A stretch of 34,410 bases of DNA, from assembly GCA_022708385.1 (NCBI GenBank), contig JAKIYU010000001.1, positions 1 through 34,410 on the forward strand. Reading direction: 5' to 3'. This document shows, one piece after another, positions 25,401-34,410 of this stretch (position 1 is the stretch's first letter; the number at the start of each line of letters is the position of its first letter). Under the pieces are notes generated by a model. That model was not told the DNA's origin. It saw nothing but the letters and a program-made list of their open reading frames with translations, and made no database searches. This DNA comes from Bacteroidota bacterium. Lineage in GTDB: Bacteria > Bacteroidota > Bacteroidia > Bacteroidales > PXBB01. A program made the translations under genes and the position numbers.

Positions 25401-25499
25401 AGAAAATGTAATCAATTTGAAGCCGCTTAGAAAAAAATTTAACAGTATTAACAATTTTCATAATTTTACAGGGTAAAAAATAAAGTAAAAAAGACAAAG

Positions 25500-27290
25500 A
25501 TGAAAAATACTGCATTTTGTTTAGCATTTTTATTTTTGATGTTAAGTGGTATTAAAGCGCAACAAGGGGTAGCCATAAACAATTCCGGTGCACAGGCTCA
25601 TGCCTCGTCAATGCTCGATGTAAGCAGTACGGATAAGGGCATGCTGATACCGCGTATGACCACCCTACAAAGGGAGGCCATTGCAAGTCCGGCCACAGGA
25701 TTAATAGTTTATGACACCGATTTTGCCCAGTTCTGGTATTTTAATGGTACGATTTGGTCGTCGATTACCGGGGTTTCCGGTGTAACCGGCCCAACCGGCC
25801 CCACAGGTGCTACAGGGCCTACCGGCCCCACTGGTACAACAGGTGTTACAGGAGCAACTGGCAGTACAGGCGCCACAGGCGCTACCGGTGCTACTGGGCC
25901 TCTTGTGCCGGGTACTAACGGACAAACCCTCCGCCATAACGGCACATCGTGGGAAGCCAGTAGCTTGCTGTATAATACCGGTACAAATATCGGCATTGGT
26001 ACTATCGTTCCGACAAATAAGCTGGATGTAATTAATACAACTTCTTTAAATGCTATATTAGGAGCTTATTCATCTTCAATTTGGGGTTATATTGGCTACA
26101 ATCATAGTGGTGTGCTTGGAGAGAGCAACAATACTTTGGGTGCCGGTGTGTTTGGCAATGGGGGCAGCAGTACCGATGGGGTTTATGGCCAAACAAACAC
26201 GGCTACTTATTCAGGTGTATCGGGGCTTAATGCCCATGCCGATGGTGATGGGATAATGGCCATTAATGCAGCCACCAATGGCACAGGCACGGGAAGTGGT
26301 ATAACGGCCTTATCGGCACAGACAGGGGGCGGCGCTTTGTTTGGGTGGAACACCAATACATCAGGTACAGCCGTAGCCGGTGCAGGCAATAATCAGACTC
26401 TTACCTACCTGACCAATGGCAGCGGGGGTGCTTTTAAAGGTACCAACTTCGCCATTGTGGGTTTTGGCGCCAGCGCCACCGATGGTATAGGAATAACCGC
26501 ATCGGGCAATAACCTGGGCATAACAAACTATATCGGCGGGGCAGGCGGCATACTTAAAGGAAATACTGTGGGGCTTTATGGTATCGGGGCAACTGTTTCC
26601 AACGGCACAGGTGTGGTGGGACTCGGCAATAATGTTGCGGGCAGCGTACTTGTAACAGGCAGTGGCGGTGCATTTTCAGGGCAAACTATCGGTGTTTATG
26701 GCTATGCCTCACAATCGGCCAACAACACCTGGGGAGGCTATTTCTCCAATGCCTACGGCGATTATGTTTATGTGGGCGGTCGCGAGTCGAGCGGTACACA
26801 ATACAAGATAATAGGAACCGGCAATGTTAGCACAATAGTAAATACACCCGACAACAAAAAAGTTACTATGACGTGCCCCGAAGCACCCGAAATTCTTTTC
26901 CAGGACTTTGGTACAGGCAAACTGGTTAACGGAAAAGCACATATAGAAATTGACCCTGTATTTTCGCATAATATTCAGGTGGATGAAAAATATCCTATGA
27001 AAGTTTTTGTGCAGCTCGAAGGCAACTGTCAGGGGGTTTATGTAACAAATAAATCGGCCAAAGGGTTTGATGTTATTGAACTAAATAATGGTACCTCAGG
27101 TGTGCCATTTAGCTGGACGGTAGTGGCCAACAGAAAAGATGAATTTGATGCTCAGGGTAATCTGATATCGAAAAACCTAGATACACGTTTTTCTCCTGCA
27201 CCGCTTCCTATGGCTACAGAAAAAAAGACAGCCAAAGAAGAACCGGTGCGTAATGCCGAGCCTAAAAGATTTAAATTAAAATCGAAATAA
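25500..27290 (+). CDS. Secreted collagen-like / tail-fibre-like glycine-rich surface protein
   Basis: 596 aa with signal peptide [21 protein letters not shown]. The N-terminal module is GVAINNSG...[36 protein letters not shown]...WYFNGTIW, followed by 15 G-X-(T/S) triplets. A long Gly/Thr/Asn-rich region then follows with recurring G(V/L)(Y/F/L)G units. Confidence 0.7.
   Translation: MKNTAFCLAFLFLMLSGIKAQQGVAINNSGAQAHASSMLDVSSTDKGMLIPRMTTLQREAIASPATGLIVYDTDFAQFWYFNGTIWSSITGVSGVTGPTGPTGATGPTGPTGTTGVTGATGSTGATGATGATGPLVPGTNGQTLRHNGTSWEASSLLYNTGTNIGIGTIVPTNKLDVINTTSLNAILGAYSSSIWGYIGYNHSGVLGESNNTLGAGVFGNGGSSTDGVYGQTNTATYSGVSGLNAHADGDGIMAINAATNGTGTGSGITALSAQTGGGALFGWNTNTSGTAVAGAGNNQTLTYLTNGSGGAFKGTNFAIVGFGASATDGIGITASGNNLGITNYIGGAGGILKGNTVGLYGIGATVSNGTGVVGLGNNVAGSVLVTGSGGAFSGQTIGVYGYASQSANNTWGGYFSNAYGDYVYVGGRESSGTQYKIIGTGNVSTIVNTPDNKKVTMTCPEAPEILFQDFGTGKLVNGKAHIEIDPVFSHNIQVDEKYPMKVFVQLEGNCQGVYVTNKSAKGFDVIELNNGTSGVPFSWTVVANRKDEFDAQGNLISKNLDTRFSPAPLPMATEKKTAKEEPVRNAEPKRFKLKSK
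25770..25904 (+). repeat. Collagen-like triplet repeat, 15 x G-X-Y (mostly G-x-T), 9-nt-periodic DNA
   Basis: [45 protein letters not shown], which is aa 91-135 of the ORF. Confidence 0.9.
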
Positions 27291-27375
27291 TTTTTCTATT
27301 AAATAATATTTTTTTTACACCAATAAAATATTTATTTTGATTTTGCGGCTGAATTATTCATTTAAAACAAAAAAT

Positions 27376-28623
27376 ATGATTAATCTAAAGAAAGCGCTCT
27401 TTTTGCTGGCTCTTATACCGGCTATGGTAAATGCACAGGAAAATGTTGATAAACCCGCATTCGGGATTAAGTTTACAGGATTTGTAAAGAATGATGTTTT
27501 TTTTGATACGCGCCAGACGGTTGATATAAGGGAAGGGCATTTTCTGCTTTATCCACAGAATGTAAAAAATGATATCAATCAGAAAGATATCAATGCCACA
27601 CCCAATTTTAACATGCTGGCCATTCAATCGCGGCTAACTGGAAATATTACCGGTCCGGATGCTTTTAAAGCGAAAACTTCGGGTATTATTGAAGGGGAAT
27701 TTTTTGGCCATTCCGATGCCGACATCAATGGTTTTCGTTTACGTCATGCCTACGTTAAACTTAACTGGAATGACAAAACCGAACTTATAGCAGGGCAAAC
27801 ATGGAATCCGTTGTTTATTGTACAGGCCTTTCCTGAAGTTATTTCATTCAATACAGGTGTGCCCTTTGTACCTTTTGCCCGTAACCCGCAGTTGAGAGTG
27901 TCGCATAAATTGGGTAAATTAAACGTTTCTGCCACGGCTTATGCAGAGAGGGATTTTGCCAGTAACGGCCCCAAAGGCGCGAGCAATATATACATGAGAA
28001 ACGCTGCTGTGCCGGGTTCCAACGTATTAGTGTCTTATGCCTGCGGCAGCAATAATATTTTTGGTGTAGGTGGTGATTACAAAATGATAGTTCCCGAAAT
28101 TGAAACTACTAAAGGTTATGTATCCCGTAATTCATTAGGAAGCCTTACGGCCACAGCCTTTTCAAAAATTAAAATTAAAAATACTACATGGAAACTTCAG
28201 GCTACCTTTGCACAAAATGCTCATGACTTGACCATGTTGGGAGGTTATGCTATTAAAAACACAGGTTACGATACATTAACCGACATTAAAGAATATACCA
28301 ATTACCAAACAGGCTCGATTTGGACAGAGCTTTATACGGTAATGGGTAAATATACATGTGGTGTATTTGGTGGCTTTACTAAAAATTTCGGAACAGACTA
28401 TAATATTCTCCCCCAATCTACCATTTATGCCAGGGGTTCTAATATCGCTTATGTTTACAGAGTTTCCCCACGATTTATGGTAACCCAGGAAAAAACTACT
28501 ATTGGTCTCGAAGTAGAATACACAACAGCTGCTTATGGCAAAGCCAATTCACTGGGTGAAGTTGAGAATGCCAAAGAAGTTTCTAACATCAGGGGGCTGT
28601 TATCGTTTATTTATAAGTTCTAG
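27376..28623 (+). CDS. Putative outer-membrane beta-barrel (porin-like) protein
   Basis: I prefer the ATG at 27376 (MINLKKALFLLALIPAMVNAQE, a clean signal peptide) over the TTG at 27337 given by the track. It has alternating hydrophobic strands throughout and a C-terminal ...GLLSFIYKF with terminal Phe, typical of OMPs. Confidence 0.6.
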   Translation: MINLKKALFLLALIPAMVNAQENVDKPAFGIKFTGFVKNDVFFDTRQTVDIREGHFLLYPQNVKNDINQKDINATPNFNMLAIQSRLTGNITGPDAFKAKTSGIIEGEFFGHSDADINGFRLRHAYVKLNWNDKTELIAGQTWNPLFIVQAFPEVISFNTGVPFVPFARNPQLRVSHKLGKLNVSATAYAERDFASNGPKGASNIYMRNAAVPGSNVLVSYACGSNNIFGVGGDYKMIVPEIETTKGYVSRNSLGSLTATAFSKIKIKNTTWKLQATFAQNAHDLTMLGGYAIKNTGYDTLTDIKEYTNYQTGSIWTELYTVMGKYTCGVFGGFTKNFGTDYNILPQSTIYARGSNIAYVYRVSPRFMVTQEKTTIGLEVEYTTAAYGKANSLGEVENAKEVSNIRGLLSFIYKF

Positions 28624-28648
28624 AAAAATAGTTGTTGTTGCGGTTGTT

Positions 28649-28679
28649 GCGGTCGGCGGGGCGGAGCCCCGCCGACCGC
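28649..28679. terminator. Perfect 14-bp GC-rich hairpin between convergent genes
   Basis: gcggtcggcggggc-gga-gccccgccgaccgc. On the plus strand it is followed by atgttttat. It is preceded by a tandem gttgttgcg x2. Confidence 0.6.
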
Positions 28680-28705
28680 ATGTTTTATGAAGCTAACAGG
28701 ATAAC

Positions 28706-31513
28706 CTATTCTGTATCCCCTTCTACAATTTTAATTTCGTTAGCAGTCAATCCATATATTTGATAAACAATTTCATTGATGCGGTCTTCGCAGTAATCAA
28801 TTTTTGATTGTATTTGCTCCGATGTGCTTCTTAGTGTTGTTTGCTGCTTTTCTGAATAGAGAAGCAGAATTTGTTGAACAATTTTTTCTAGTTCAATTAC
28901 TTTTTGTTTTTCAGAATTATCAGGAATAGGTATTTCTTGAAGCTGTACTATTCTAATTTTTGGGAATAATTTTGTGTTAGGAGAAATAAATTGCTTAAAA
29001 TAGAATTCGAGAAATTTTGAATTAAGGATGCCAAGTATGTAATCATATGAGAAATTGAGTTTTCTGATCTTTGCATTATAAATGCTCCGCGTTGTTAAAA
29101 GATTTTTATAATCAATGGTTGCATAAAATTTATTTCCGGTTTCTCGGACAATAATTTTGGGGGACAAAAAGTATGCTTCATTTTTTAAAAAATCATTATG
29201 TGTTTTTCTGCTAATATATTTTATTTTTGTTATGGCATATCTGTTAAGACTACTTCCAGTTATGCATTCTTTTTCTTCGTTATCAAGTAATTTGTTCTTT
29301 CCAATTTCAAGTCCTCTGTGAATTTCAGCTATTTCTCCCAATTTAATTGTACTGACTTTGTTAAACAAATTTAGGTTTTTATTATAAAAGAAATTCTGTT
29401 GTAAGGAAGGTTTGCCTTTTTTAAGTAAAATTATGCAAGTTGGCATTTTTACATTTTCAAATACTCCATCACCCAGTTCTTTAAACTCAAAATTGTAACA
29501 TTGCGTGTTAATTATTGCACGAAGACTTTCATAGCGTACCCCCTTCAGAAATAAACTTGGAACAATAAAACCGATATTTGAATTATCTTTAACAAGACTT
29601 AAACAACGTTCAATGAAAATTGAATATAAATCAGAGTTAGCTGAAAAATGGGTTAGTAAATATGAATGGCTTGCATTATCGATATTACTTAATTGAACAT
29701 AAGGTGGATTTCCAATGATTACATCAAATCCAACATAATTGCTATAAATAATGTCATTTTCGTTAATACTATCAATGTTTGTTTCTATTTCTTGTGCATA
29801 TTCCATAGCTTTTGTAGCATGATACTTTGCTTTTTTTGCTAAAGATAACAGCTCTTGTTTTTTTATATTATCGTTTTTTTTCAAAAATACAAGGGGAAAA
29901 GCTTTTTGCCAGTTGAAAGGCTTAATTCTCTTGTCTTCATCTAAACTGAGTTGATTATCGTAAAAATCAGTGCCTACCAGGCTATTTCCACATTTGATAT
30001 TATTGTCGAGTGTGGGCAATACTCTATCGTTGAAAAGCCTCAGTTGTTGGTTAATGCTTGCTTCTGTTTCGCCTTCCATACATTTTAAAAGCAAACTGAG
30101 TTTGGACACTTCTACTGCATTAACATCTATATCGACGCCATAAATATTGTTTAATAAAATGCGTTTTTTCTCAGTTGTAGTCAGGTTGCCGTCGGGGCGT
30201 AAAACATCTTCTTTCCTGCCTTTAGATGTTGTGTTGCCCTTTAAGTTATTGTAATACTTTTTATGCCAGTCCAATAAATACTGATAAGCGCCTAAGAGAA
30301 AACTGCCACTACCGCAGGCAGGGTCCAGAATTTTTATGTAGCAGACTTCTTTGGGTGTTTTGCCTTCTACAAGTTTTCCAACAGTGTTTTGCACAATATA
30401 ATCCACCACGTACTGAGGTGTATAATAGACCCCGCCTGCTTTACGTACTTCGGGTTTTTCTTCAATTTTTGAGTGATGAGAGGAGGTTATACGAATAACT
30501 TTTCCCAGAAACTGCTCATACGCTGTACCCAGAATTTCAACCGGCAGCACATCAAAAGCATATTCACATTTAGGATAGTAAAGCTCTTCAATAATGTTTT
30601 TAATTACCTTATTATCAATAACGATATTCTTACTAACGGTGTCCTTTTTTAAGTCAAATAATCCGGAATTGTATTTCTCATCGGCAGTAAGAAAAAGATT
30701 ATACAGATTGCTGTAATAATTACCGCTTTTGATGCATTGTGCAATATTATTTTCTGGTTCAACCCCGCGATCTTCGGCTATTCGCAAGAATATGATACGG
30801 TCGATGGTTTGTTGCACCACAAAGTTAATTTCATCTTCATCAAGCACTTTGTTGTTCCAACTAATAGAAGTGGCCAGGTATGTGCGCCAATTGTCGAGCG
30901 ATTGTAAGAACTCTTTGTCAACTGTGGCTGTTCCCTTCTTGTTTGTGTCGCTTTGTACATATTTATCGAAACTTCCTTTCAACACGCGTTCTTTACTGAA
31001 AGTATCCCATAAAAACTCAAACTCTGTGAGATATTCTTCATAAGAGAGGTATTTAATGCGGGCTACAGATGCTTTATCGGTCGGTTTAGGTTTTTTAGTG
31101 CAATCGTAAACAGAAAATTCCTCAAAATCGGTAATAATAGAAATGGGTAGTTTGGCACTCCAGCCATAACGGCGCACCTGATAAGCAGGCTGTATTTCTT
31201 CTTTAACGGAAATATAAGGTTTTTTGGCTTCCACAAAGAAGAGTCTTTTGCCACCAGGTAAGCGGAACGAATAATCGGGGGCTTTTGTAGCTTTGCCTAC
31301 TTTTACTTTGTCCTCATGAATGACTTCACGGTAACTTTCGGCATAACCATTTTTGTTGTCAACATCCCATCCCAATGCTTTGAAAAAGGGGTCAATAAAA
31401 TCTCTACGTGTCAGTGTTTCGTTATAATCCGCTTTTTTGTATGATGCGTATTGCTCTTTAAATCTGATAACCAACTCAGAAATCTTTCCATAAGCTGTTT
31501 CTTTATCCGTCAT
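28706..31513 (-). CDS. Single-polypeptide type IIG-like restriction-modification enzyme (N-terminal PD-(D/E)xK nuclease, gamma-class N6-adenine methyltransferase, C-terminal specificity region)
   Basis: 935 aa. The N-terminus RRDFIDPFFKALGWDV...KAPDYSFRL...RLFFVEAKKP gives D-x13-ExK, an HsdR-N-like nuclease fold. It also has GGVYYTPQYVVDYIV, SAM motif I ILDPACGSGSFLLGA, and motif IV VIIGNPPYV. The C-terminal ~330 aa resemble a TaqI-type specificity domain. No separate M, S or R partner lies next to it. Confidence 0.75.
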   Translation of the reverse strand: MTDKETAYGKISELVIRFKEQYASYKKADYNETLTRRDFIDPFFKALGWDVDNKNGYAESYREVIHEDKVKVGKATKAPDYSFRLPGGKRLFFVEAKKPYISVKEEIQPAYQVRRYGWSAKLPISIITDFEEFSVYDCTKKPKPTDKASVARIKYLSYEEYLTEFEFLWDTFSKERVLKGSFDKYVQSDTNKKGTATVDKEFLQSLDNWRTYLATSISWNNKVLDEDEINFVVQQTIDRIIFLRIAEDRGVEPENNIAQCIKSGNYYSNLYNLFLTADEKYNSGLFDLKKDTVSKNIVIDNKVIKNIIEELYYPKCEYAFDVLPVEILGTAYEQFLGKVIRITSSHHSKIEEKPEVRKAGGVYYTPQYVVDYIVQNTVGKLVEGKTPKEVCYIKILDPACGSGSFLLGAYQYLLDWHKKYYNNLKGNTTSKGRKEDVLRPDGNLTTTEKKRILLNNIYGVDIDVNAVEVSKLSLLLKCMEGETEASINQQLRLFNDRVLPTLDNNIKCGNSLVGTDFYDNQLSLDEDKRIKPFNWQKAFPLVFLKKNDNIKKQELLSLAKKAKYHATKAMEYAQEIETNIDSINENDIIYSNYVGFDVIIGNPPYVQLSNIDNASHSYLLTHFSANSDLYSIFIERCLSLVKDNSNIGFIVPSLFLKGVRYESLRAIINTQCYNFEFKELGDGVFENVKMPTCIILLKKGKPSLQQNFFYNKNLNLFNKVSTIKLGEIAEIHRGLEIGKNKLLDNEEKECITGSSLNRYAITKIKYISRKTHNDFLKNEAYFLSPKIIVRETGNKFYATIDYKNLLTTRSIYNAKIRKLNFSYDYILGILNSKFLEFYFKQFISPNTKLFPKIRIVQLQEIPIPDNSEKQKVIELEKIVQQILLLYSEKQQTTLRSTSEQIQSKIDYCEDRINEIVYQIYGLTANEIKIVEGDTE

Positions 31514-31579
31514 TGTATGCTAACTGTTGAAATTGTTTTTCTTTAAAAAATAATACTCTTTCCGTGAGATATACTTGGA

Positions 31580-34410
31580 TTATCTTACCAGGCTCACCCA
31601 CCCTTTAAGTTGCACTTCTTTATCTTTAAGCTGGTAGCTTTTCGACTTGTAATTAATAACCCAGTAATATGTGCCAGCTGAGGCCGGTGTGCCATTAATG
31701 GTACCATCCCATTTAACATTAATATCGTTGGCTTCAAATACGACCTTCCCCCACCTGTTGAAAACCACCATACTGAAATATTCGAGGTAATTGCCTTCGG
31801 CAAAAAATTCATCGTTTATACCATCGCCATTGGGTGTGAAAACATTAGGAATACTTACGTCAATGCAAGGTTTAATAAGAACCGAATCTGTTGTAATACA
31901 CCCAAAATTATCTACAATAACCCAGTAAATACCGGCCTGTGTTACCTGCATGGCTGGCGCCGATGAGCCGTCCTGCCATACATACGTCTGATAACCACTG
32001 CCGGCATAGAGCATGATATCAGGGGCAGAACAGAAATAAAGGCTGTCGCCTAAGTCAACAACGGGGTATTCGTGTACTGTAACCGTAATATTAGCAGAAG
32101 CGGAGCAGCCTTCATTGCTTGTTCCGTTAACAGTGTAGGTAATACTGTTTGTCGGTGTCGCTGTAACAACGTCGGAGTTGTTTGACGATAAATATGTTGC
32201 GGGGCTCCATGTGTAAGTACCAGCGCCGGATGCGGTAAGTGTAATGGCACTGCCTTCGCAAACGGAAGGAGCAGGGGGCTGAATGCTGATAACAGGATTC
32301 GGGTTCAGGTGTACCTCTATGCTGTCGGTGTCTGCACAGGCACCATTAATAACATTCCATAGAAAAATATAATTGCCATAATTACTTACAGTGACAGTTG
32401 GATTGGCGACATTGGGCGATGGGTTGTAAACAGGCACAGCAGGCCCGCTCTGCAATTGCCAGTTACCTGTGCCGCTTGTGGAAGTGCCATTGAGTGCAAA
32501 TGTTAGAAGGTTACATAACTGAAGGTCACTTCCGGCATTTGACTGGGGCATCTGGTCCACATTAACCTGAATCGTTTCCGAACCTGTGCACCCGTTATTG
32601 TCCGATGCCGTTATCAGATACTGTGTGCTGGTAAGCGGAAAAGCCGAAACCGTACTTCCCGTCGGGGATGATAATGAAGCGGCTGGTTGCCAGCTATAGC
32701 TGCTGCCTCCACTGACTTGTAGCACAACTGTATCGCCTTCGCATATAGTTGTATCGGAAGGATTAACAGACAGTATGAGATTGGGATGCAATTCAACAGT
32801 GGTTGTTCCGGAATCGGCGCAAGCGCCGTTAATGACATTCCATGTATATGTGTACGTTCCATATTGGCTTACTGTAACACCCGGGTTGGGAACAGTATTG
32901 CCTGGTGTGAAGACTGACGTGCCGCTACCCGAGCTTTGTTGCCATGTGCCGTTGCCGTATAACAGCTGTGCGTTAAGGTTGAAATTTAATGTGCCACACA
33001 ATTGCTGGTCAGAACCGGCATTTATTACCGGCATGCTGTCGGTGTTTACAGTTACTACGTTAGAGTAGGCCTGGCCACAGGAATCGGTAACCATTCTTAC
33101 AAAAAAAGTAGTCTGGTTTACGATTCCGGGTTGATAATATATGCTGTCGGCGCCTGTGATGCTGCTCCAGCCTGTGGTGCCCGGTAAATTGGTCGATGTG
33201 GATATATACCATTGGTAAGTCGGGTTGCCACCCGCCCCACCGGATGCTGAATCGATGTTAATGAGAAGCGAAGGAGCGCTGCCTTCACAAATGGTTGTAT
33301 CTGTGCCTATGGTACCGCCGTTCAATTCAGGCAGAACATAAATAGTTATAACATTGGAGTATAAAAAGCCACAACTATCAGTAAATTGGCGTACAAAATA
33401 AGTGGTGTCTGTCAATATGCCAGGTTGCAGGGTGTCGTTCACGGCACCGTTTATAAGTGTCCATTGCCCAATGCCGGGATTATTGCTGGTTTGCGACATG
33501 AACCATTGATAATTGGTATTGCCTGTGCCTCCCGAAGCTGCTTGCCCGCTAAAAATAGGCGAAGGGGCTGAGCCGTAACAAATAATGGTGTCGGTAGAAT
33601 AAATATGGCCGGGATATAATTCCGGCAACACATTAAGTGTTGCAAAAACAGGCACAGACCAGCCGCAGCATACATCTCTCTGGCGTAGTCTTACTATGTA
33701 TGTACCTTCTTGTAAACCTGCAACCTGAGGTGCTCCCTGTAAGGATGAAAATACAACCGTGTCGGGATTTGTCTGATATATTAACCATTCATATTCAAGC
33801 GCCAGTAAATCGGAGGTAAGATATATAATGCTGTCGTAACAGGCTGGTGTATGATTAATGATAATGTGTGGCAATATCCTGTAATCGGTAACACGAATAT
33901 AGGTGTCGAAGTTTCCATTGTTAGCGCCAACAGTGTATGTGCCAATGGAATCAAAATACGTTGTTATACTGTCGTCGGAAAGTGTAAAAGAAGAAGTTGT
34001 GGGATTAATATCATTTATTAAGTGGCCTGGAGGTAGCAATACCCATAGGCCATTTTGTTTTGTCATAAGAATTTCGGAATGGGTACAACCTCTGAAGTTA
34101 TTGTAATTGACAGTAACCGTTGTGGGATTAGGAATGGAAGAGCTGCTGCCGTTTAGGGTAGCATTGCCTCCGAGGGCAATAGGAATAATAATGCCCGAAG
34201 CGCCGTCCTGCCCGCGGCCGCCATCTCCTCCTTTACCACCATTGCCGCCATTGCCACCTAATCCATTTTCAGATTCACAGGTTGTGTTCCCAAGACCATA
34301 AGAACCACCATTAGCGCCGAGGCCTCCTATGGCTCCCAAGCCGCCTTGAACGGGGGGTAAAGCAGGCATATTAATGATGCTGGATGTCAGCAGGCCATTG
34401 CCATAACCCG
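31580..34410 (-). CDS. Very large adhesin-like protein with a T9SS type B C-terminal sorting domain; the 5' end is outside the window
   Basis: The frame stays open upstream of the M at 34369 to the window edge (..GYGNGLLTSSIIN-MPALPP). It has a Gly-rich segment and tandem Ig/PKD-like modules with conserved Cys. The C-terminus is IPNVFTPNGDGINDEFF...FNRWGKVVFE...KWDGT...AGTYYW...GWVSLVR. Confidence 0.8.
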   Translation of the reverse strand, partial: GYGNGLLTSSIINMPALPPVQGGLGAIGGLGANGGSYGLGNTTCESENGLGGNGGNGGKGGDGGRGQDGASGIIIPIALGGNATLNGSSSSIPNPTTVTVNYNNFRGCTHSEILMTKQNGLWVLLPPGHLINDINPTTSSFTLSDDSITTYFDSIGTYTVGANNGNFDTYIRVTDYRILPHIIINHTPACYDSIIYLTSDLLALEYEWLIYQTNPDTVVFSSLQGAPQVAGLQEGTYIVRLRQRDVCCGWSVPVFATLNVLPELYPGHIYSTDTIICYGSAPSPIFSGQAASGGTGNTNYQWFMSQTSNNPGIGQWTLINGAVNDTLQPGILTDTTYFVRQFTDSCGFLYSNVITIYVLPELNGGTIGTDTTICEGSAPSLLINIDSASGGAGGNPTYQWYISTSTNLPGTTGWSSITGADSIYYQPGIVNQTTFFVRMVTDSCGQAYSNVVTVNTDSMPVINAGSDQQLCGTLNFNLNAQLLYGNGTWQQSSGSGTSVFTPGNTVPNPGVTVSQYGTYTYTWNVINGACADSGTTTVELHPNLILSVNPSDTTICEGDTVVLQVSGGSSYSWQPAASLSSPTGSTVSAFPLTSTQYLITASDNNGCTGSETIQVNVDQMPQSNAGSDLQLCNLLTFALNGTSTSGTGNWQLQSGPAVPVYNPSPNVANPTVTVSNYGNYIFLWNVINGACADTDSIEVHLNPNPVISIQPPAPSVCEGSAITLTASGAGTYTWSPATYLSSNNSDVVTATPTNSITYTVNGTSNEGCSASANITVTVHEYPVVDLGDSLYFCSAPDIMLYAGSGYQTYVWQDGSSAPAMQVTQAGIYWVIVDNFGCITTDSVLIKPCIDVSIPNVFTPNGDGINDEFFAEGNYLEYFSMVVFNRWGKVVFEANDINVKWDGTINGTPASAGTYYWVINYKSKSYQLKDKEVQLKGWVSLVR
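32072..33034 (-). repeat. Tandem pair of ~160-aa modules within the adhesin gene
   Basis: Compare MPVINAGSDQQLCGTLNFNLNA...YTWNVINGACADSGTTTVELHPN...ICEGDTVVLQVSGGSSYSW... with MPQSNAGSDLQLCNLLTFALNG...FLWNVINGACADTDSIEVHLNPN...VCEGSAITLTASGAGTYTW... Confidence 0.8.
33041..33622 (-). repeat. Tandem pair of ~97-aa YQW-type Ig-like modules within the adhesin gene
   Basis: Compare ELYPGHIYSTDTIICYGSAPS...ASGGTGNTNYQWF...TDTTYFVRQFTDSCGFLYSNVITIYV with ELNGGTIGTDTTICEGSAPS...ASGGAGGNPTYQWY...NQTTFFVRMVTDSCGQAYSNVVTVNT. Confidence 0.8.

Noticed and set aside
25701-26031. Three overlapping ORFs (both strands) across the collagen-like repeat
   Set aside because: They are alternative frames of the 9-nt periodic GGN-NNN-ACN DNA. 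Only the 596-aa frame has a signal peptide and continues for 1.8 kb.
29831-29881. Three T7-T8 homopolymer runs (A-runs on the coding strand) within 50 nt of the R-M ORF as a phase-variation switch
   Set aside because: The runs are short, encode Lys-rich text in a generally AT-rich gene, and are not near the 5' end. There is no evidence of length heterogeneity from a single sequence.
28688-31530. Possible direct repeats flanking the R-M gene (atgaaGCTAACagg on the left, gtatGCTAACtgt on the right) as an insertion footprint
   Set aside because: Only a hexamer plus scattered bases match, which is well within chance expectation for AT-rich spacers.
34107-34301. 64-aa plus-strand Pro-rich ORF (PPSPPLPPLPPLPPNP)
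   Set aside because: It is the reverse-complement reading of the Gly-rich (GGN) tract of the adhesin gene, so it is an artefact.
1-34410. Looked for CRISPR arrays, rRNA, transposases/integrases, IS inverted repeats, and toxin-antitoxin-sized gene pairs
   Set aside because: I found no regularly spaced direct repeats, no rRNA-like segments, no DDE or tyrosine-recombinase-like ORFs and no small paired ORFs. The only RNA gene I can support is tRNA-Glu.

Overview
This 34.4-kb chromosomal segment looks like a Bacteroidota genome. The evidence is T9SS type A and type B C-terminal sorting domains, repeated TAnnTTTG -7 promoter boxes, and ileS / DksA-like / lspA synteny. The housekeeping backbone is a partial rpoD at the left edge, two M16 peptidase genes, a TlpA-like thioredoxin, coaD, radC, rpsT, tRNA-Glu(UUC), ileS, a DksA/TraR-like gene and lspA. 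The accessory, cell-surface content is as follows. There are two very large T9SS type B adhesin-like genes (1965..5279, and 31580..34410 which runs off the right edge). A visibly AT-rich block holds three tandem T9SS type A paralogues (5285..8943). A collagen-like (G-X-T)15 fibre protein sits next to a porin-like OMP (25500..28623). A solitary AT-rich single-polypeptide type IIG restriction-modification gene lies at 28706..31513. The most interesting locus is a co-directional minus-strand cluster at 20357..25363. It contains a peptidase C14 (caspase-like) gene whose N-terminal part is broken by one nonsense codon and two frameshifts, then a 115-aa repeat protein, then a 51-codon lipoprotein-type sORF that the ORF track missed, then a radical SAM/SPASM enzyme whose GTG start lies 1 nt after the sORF stop. 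The two small proteins share a T-K-Y-G-x-P motif, so they look like candidate substrates of the rSAM enzyme. I saw no CRISPR array, transposase, integrase or rRNA. All calls come from reading the sequence and from remembered family motifs; no searches were run.
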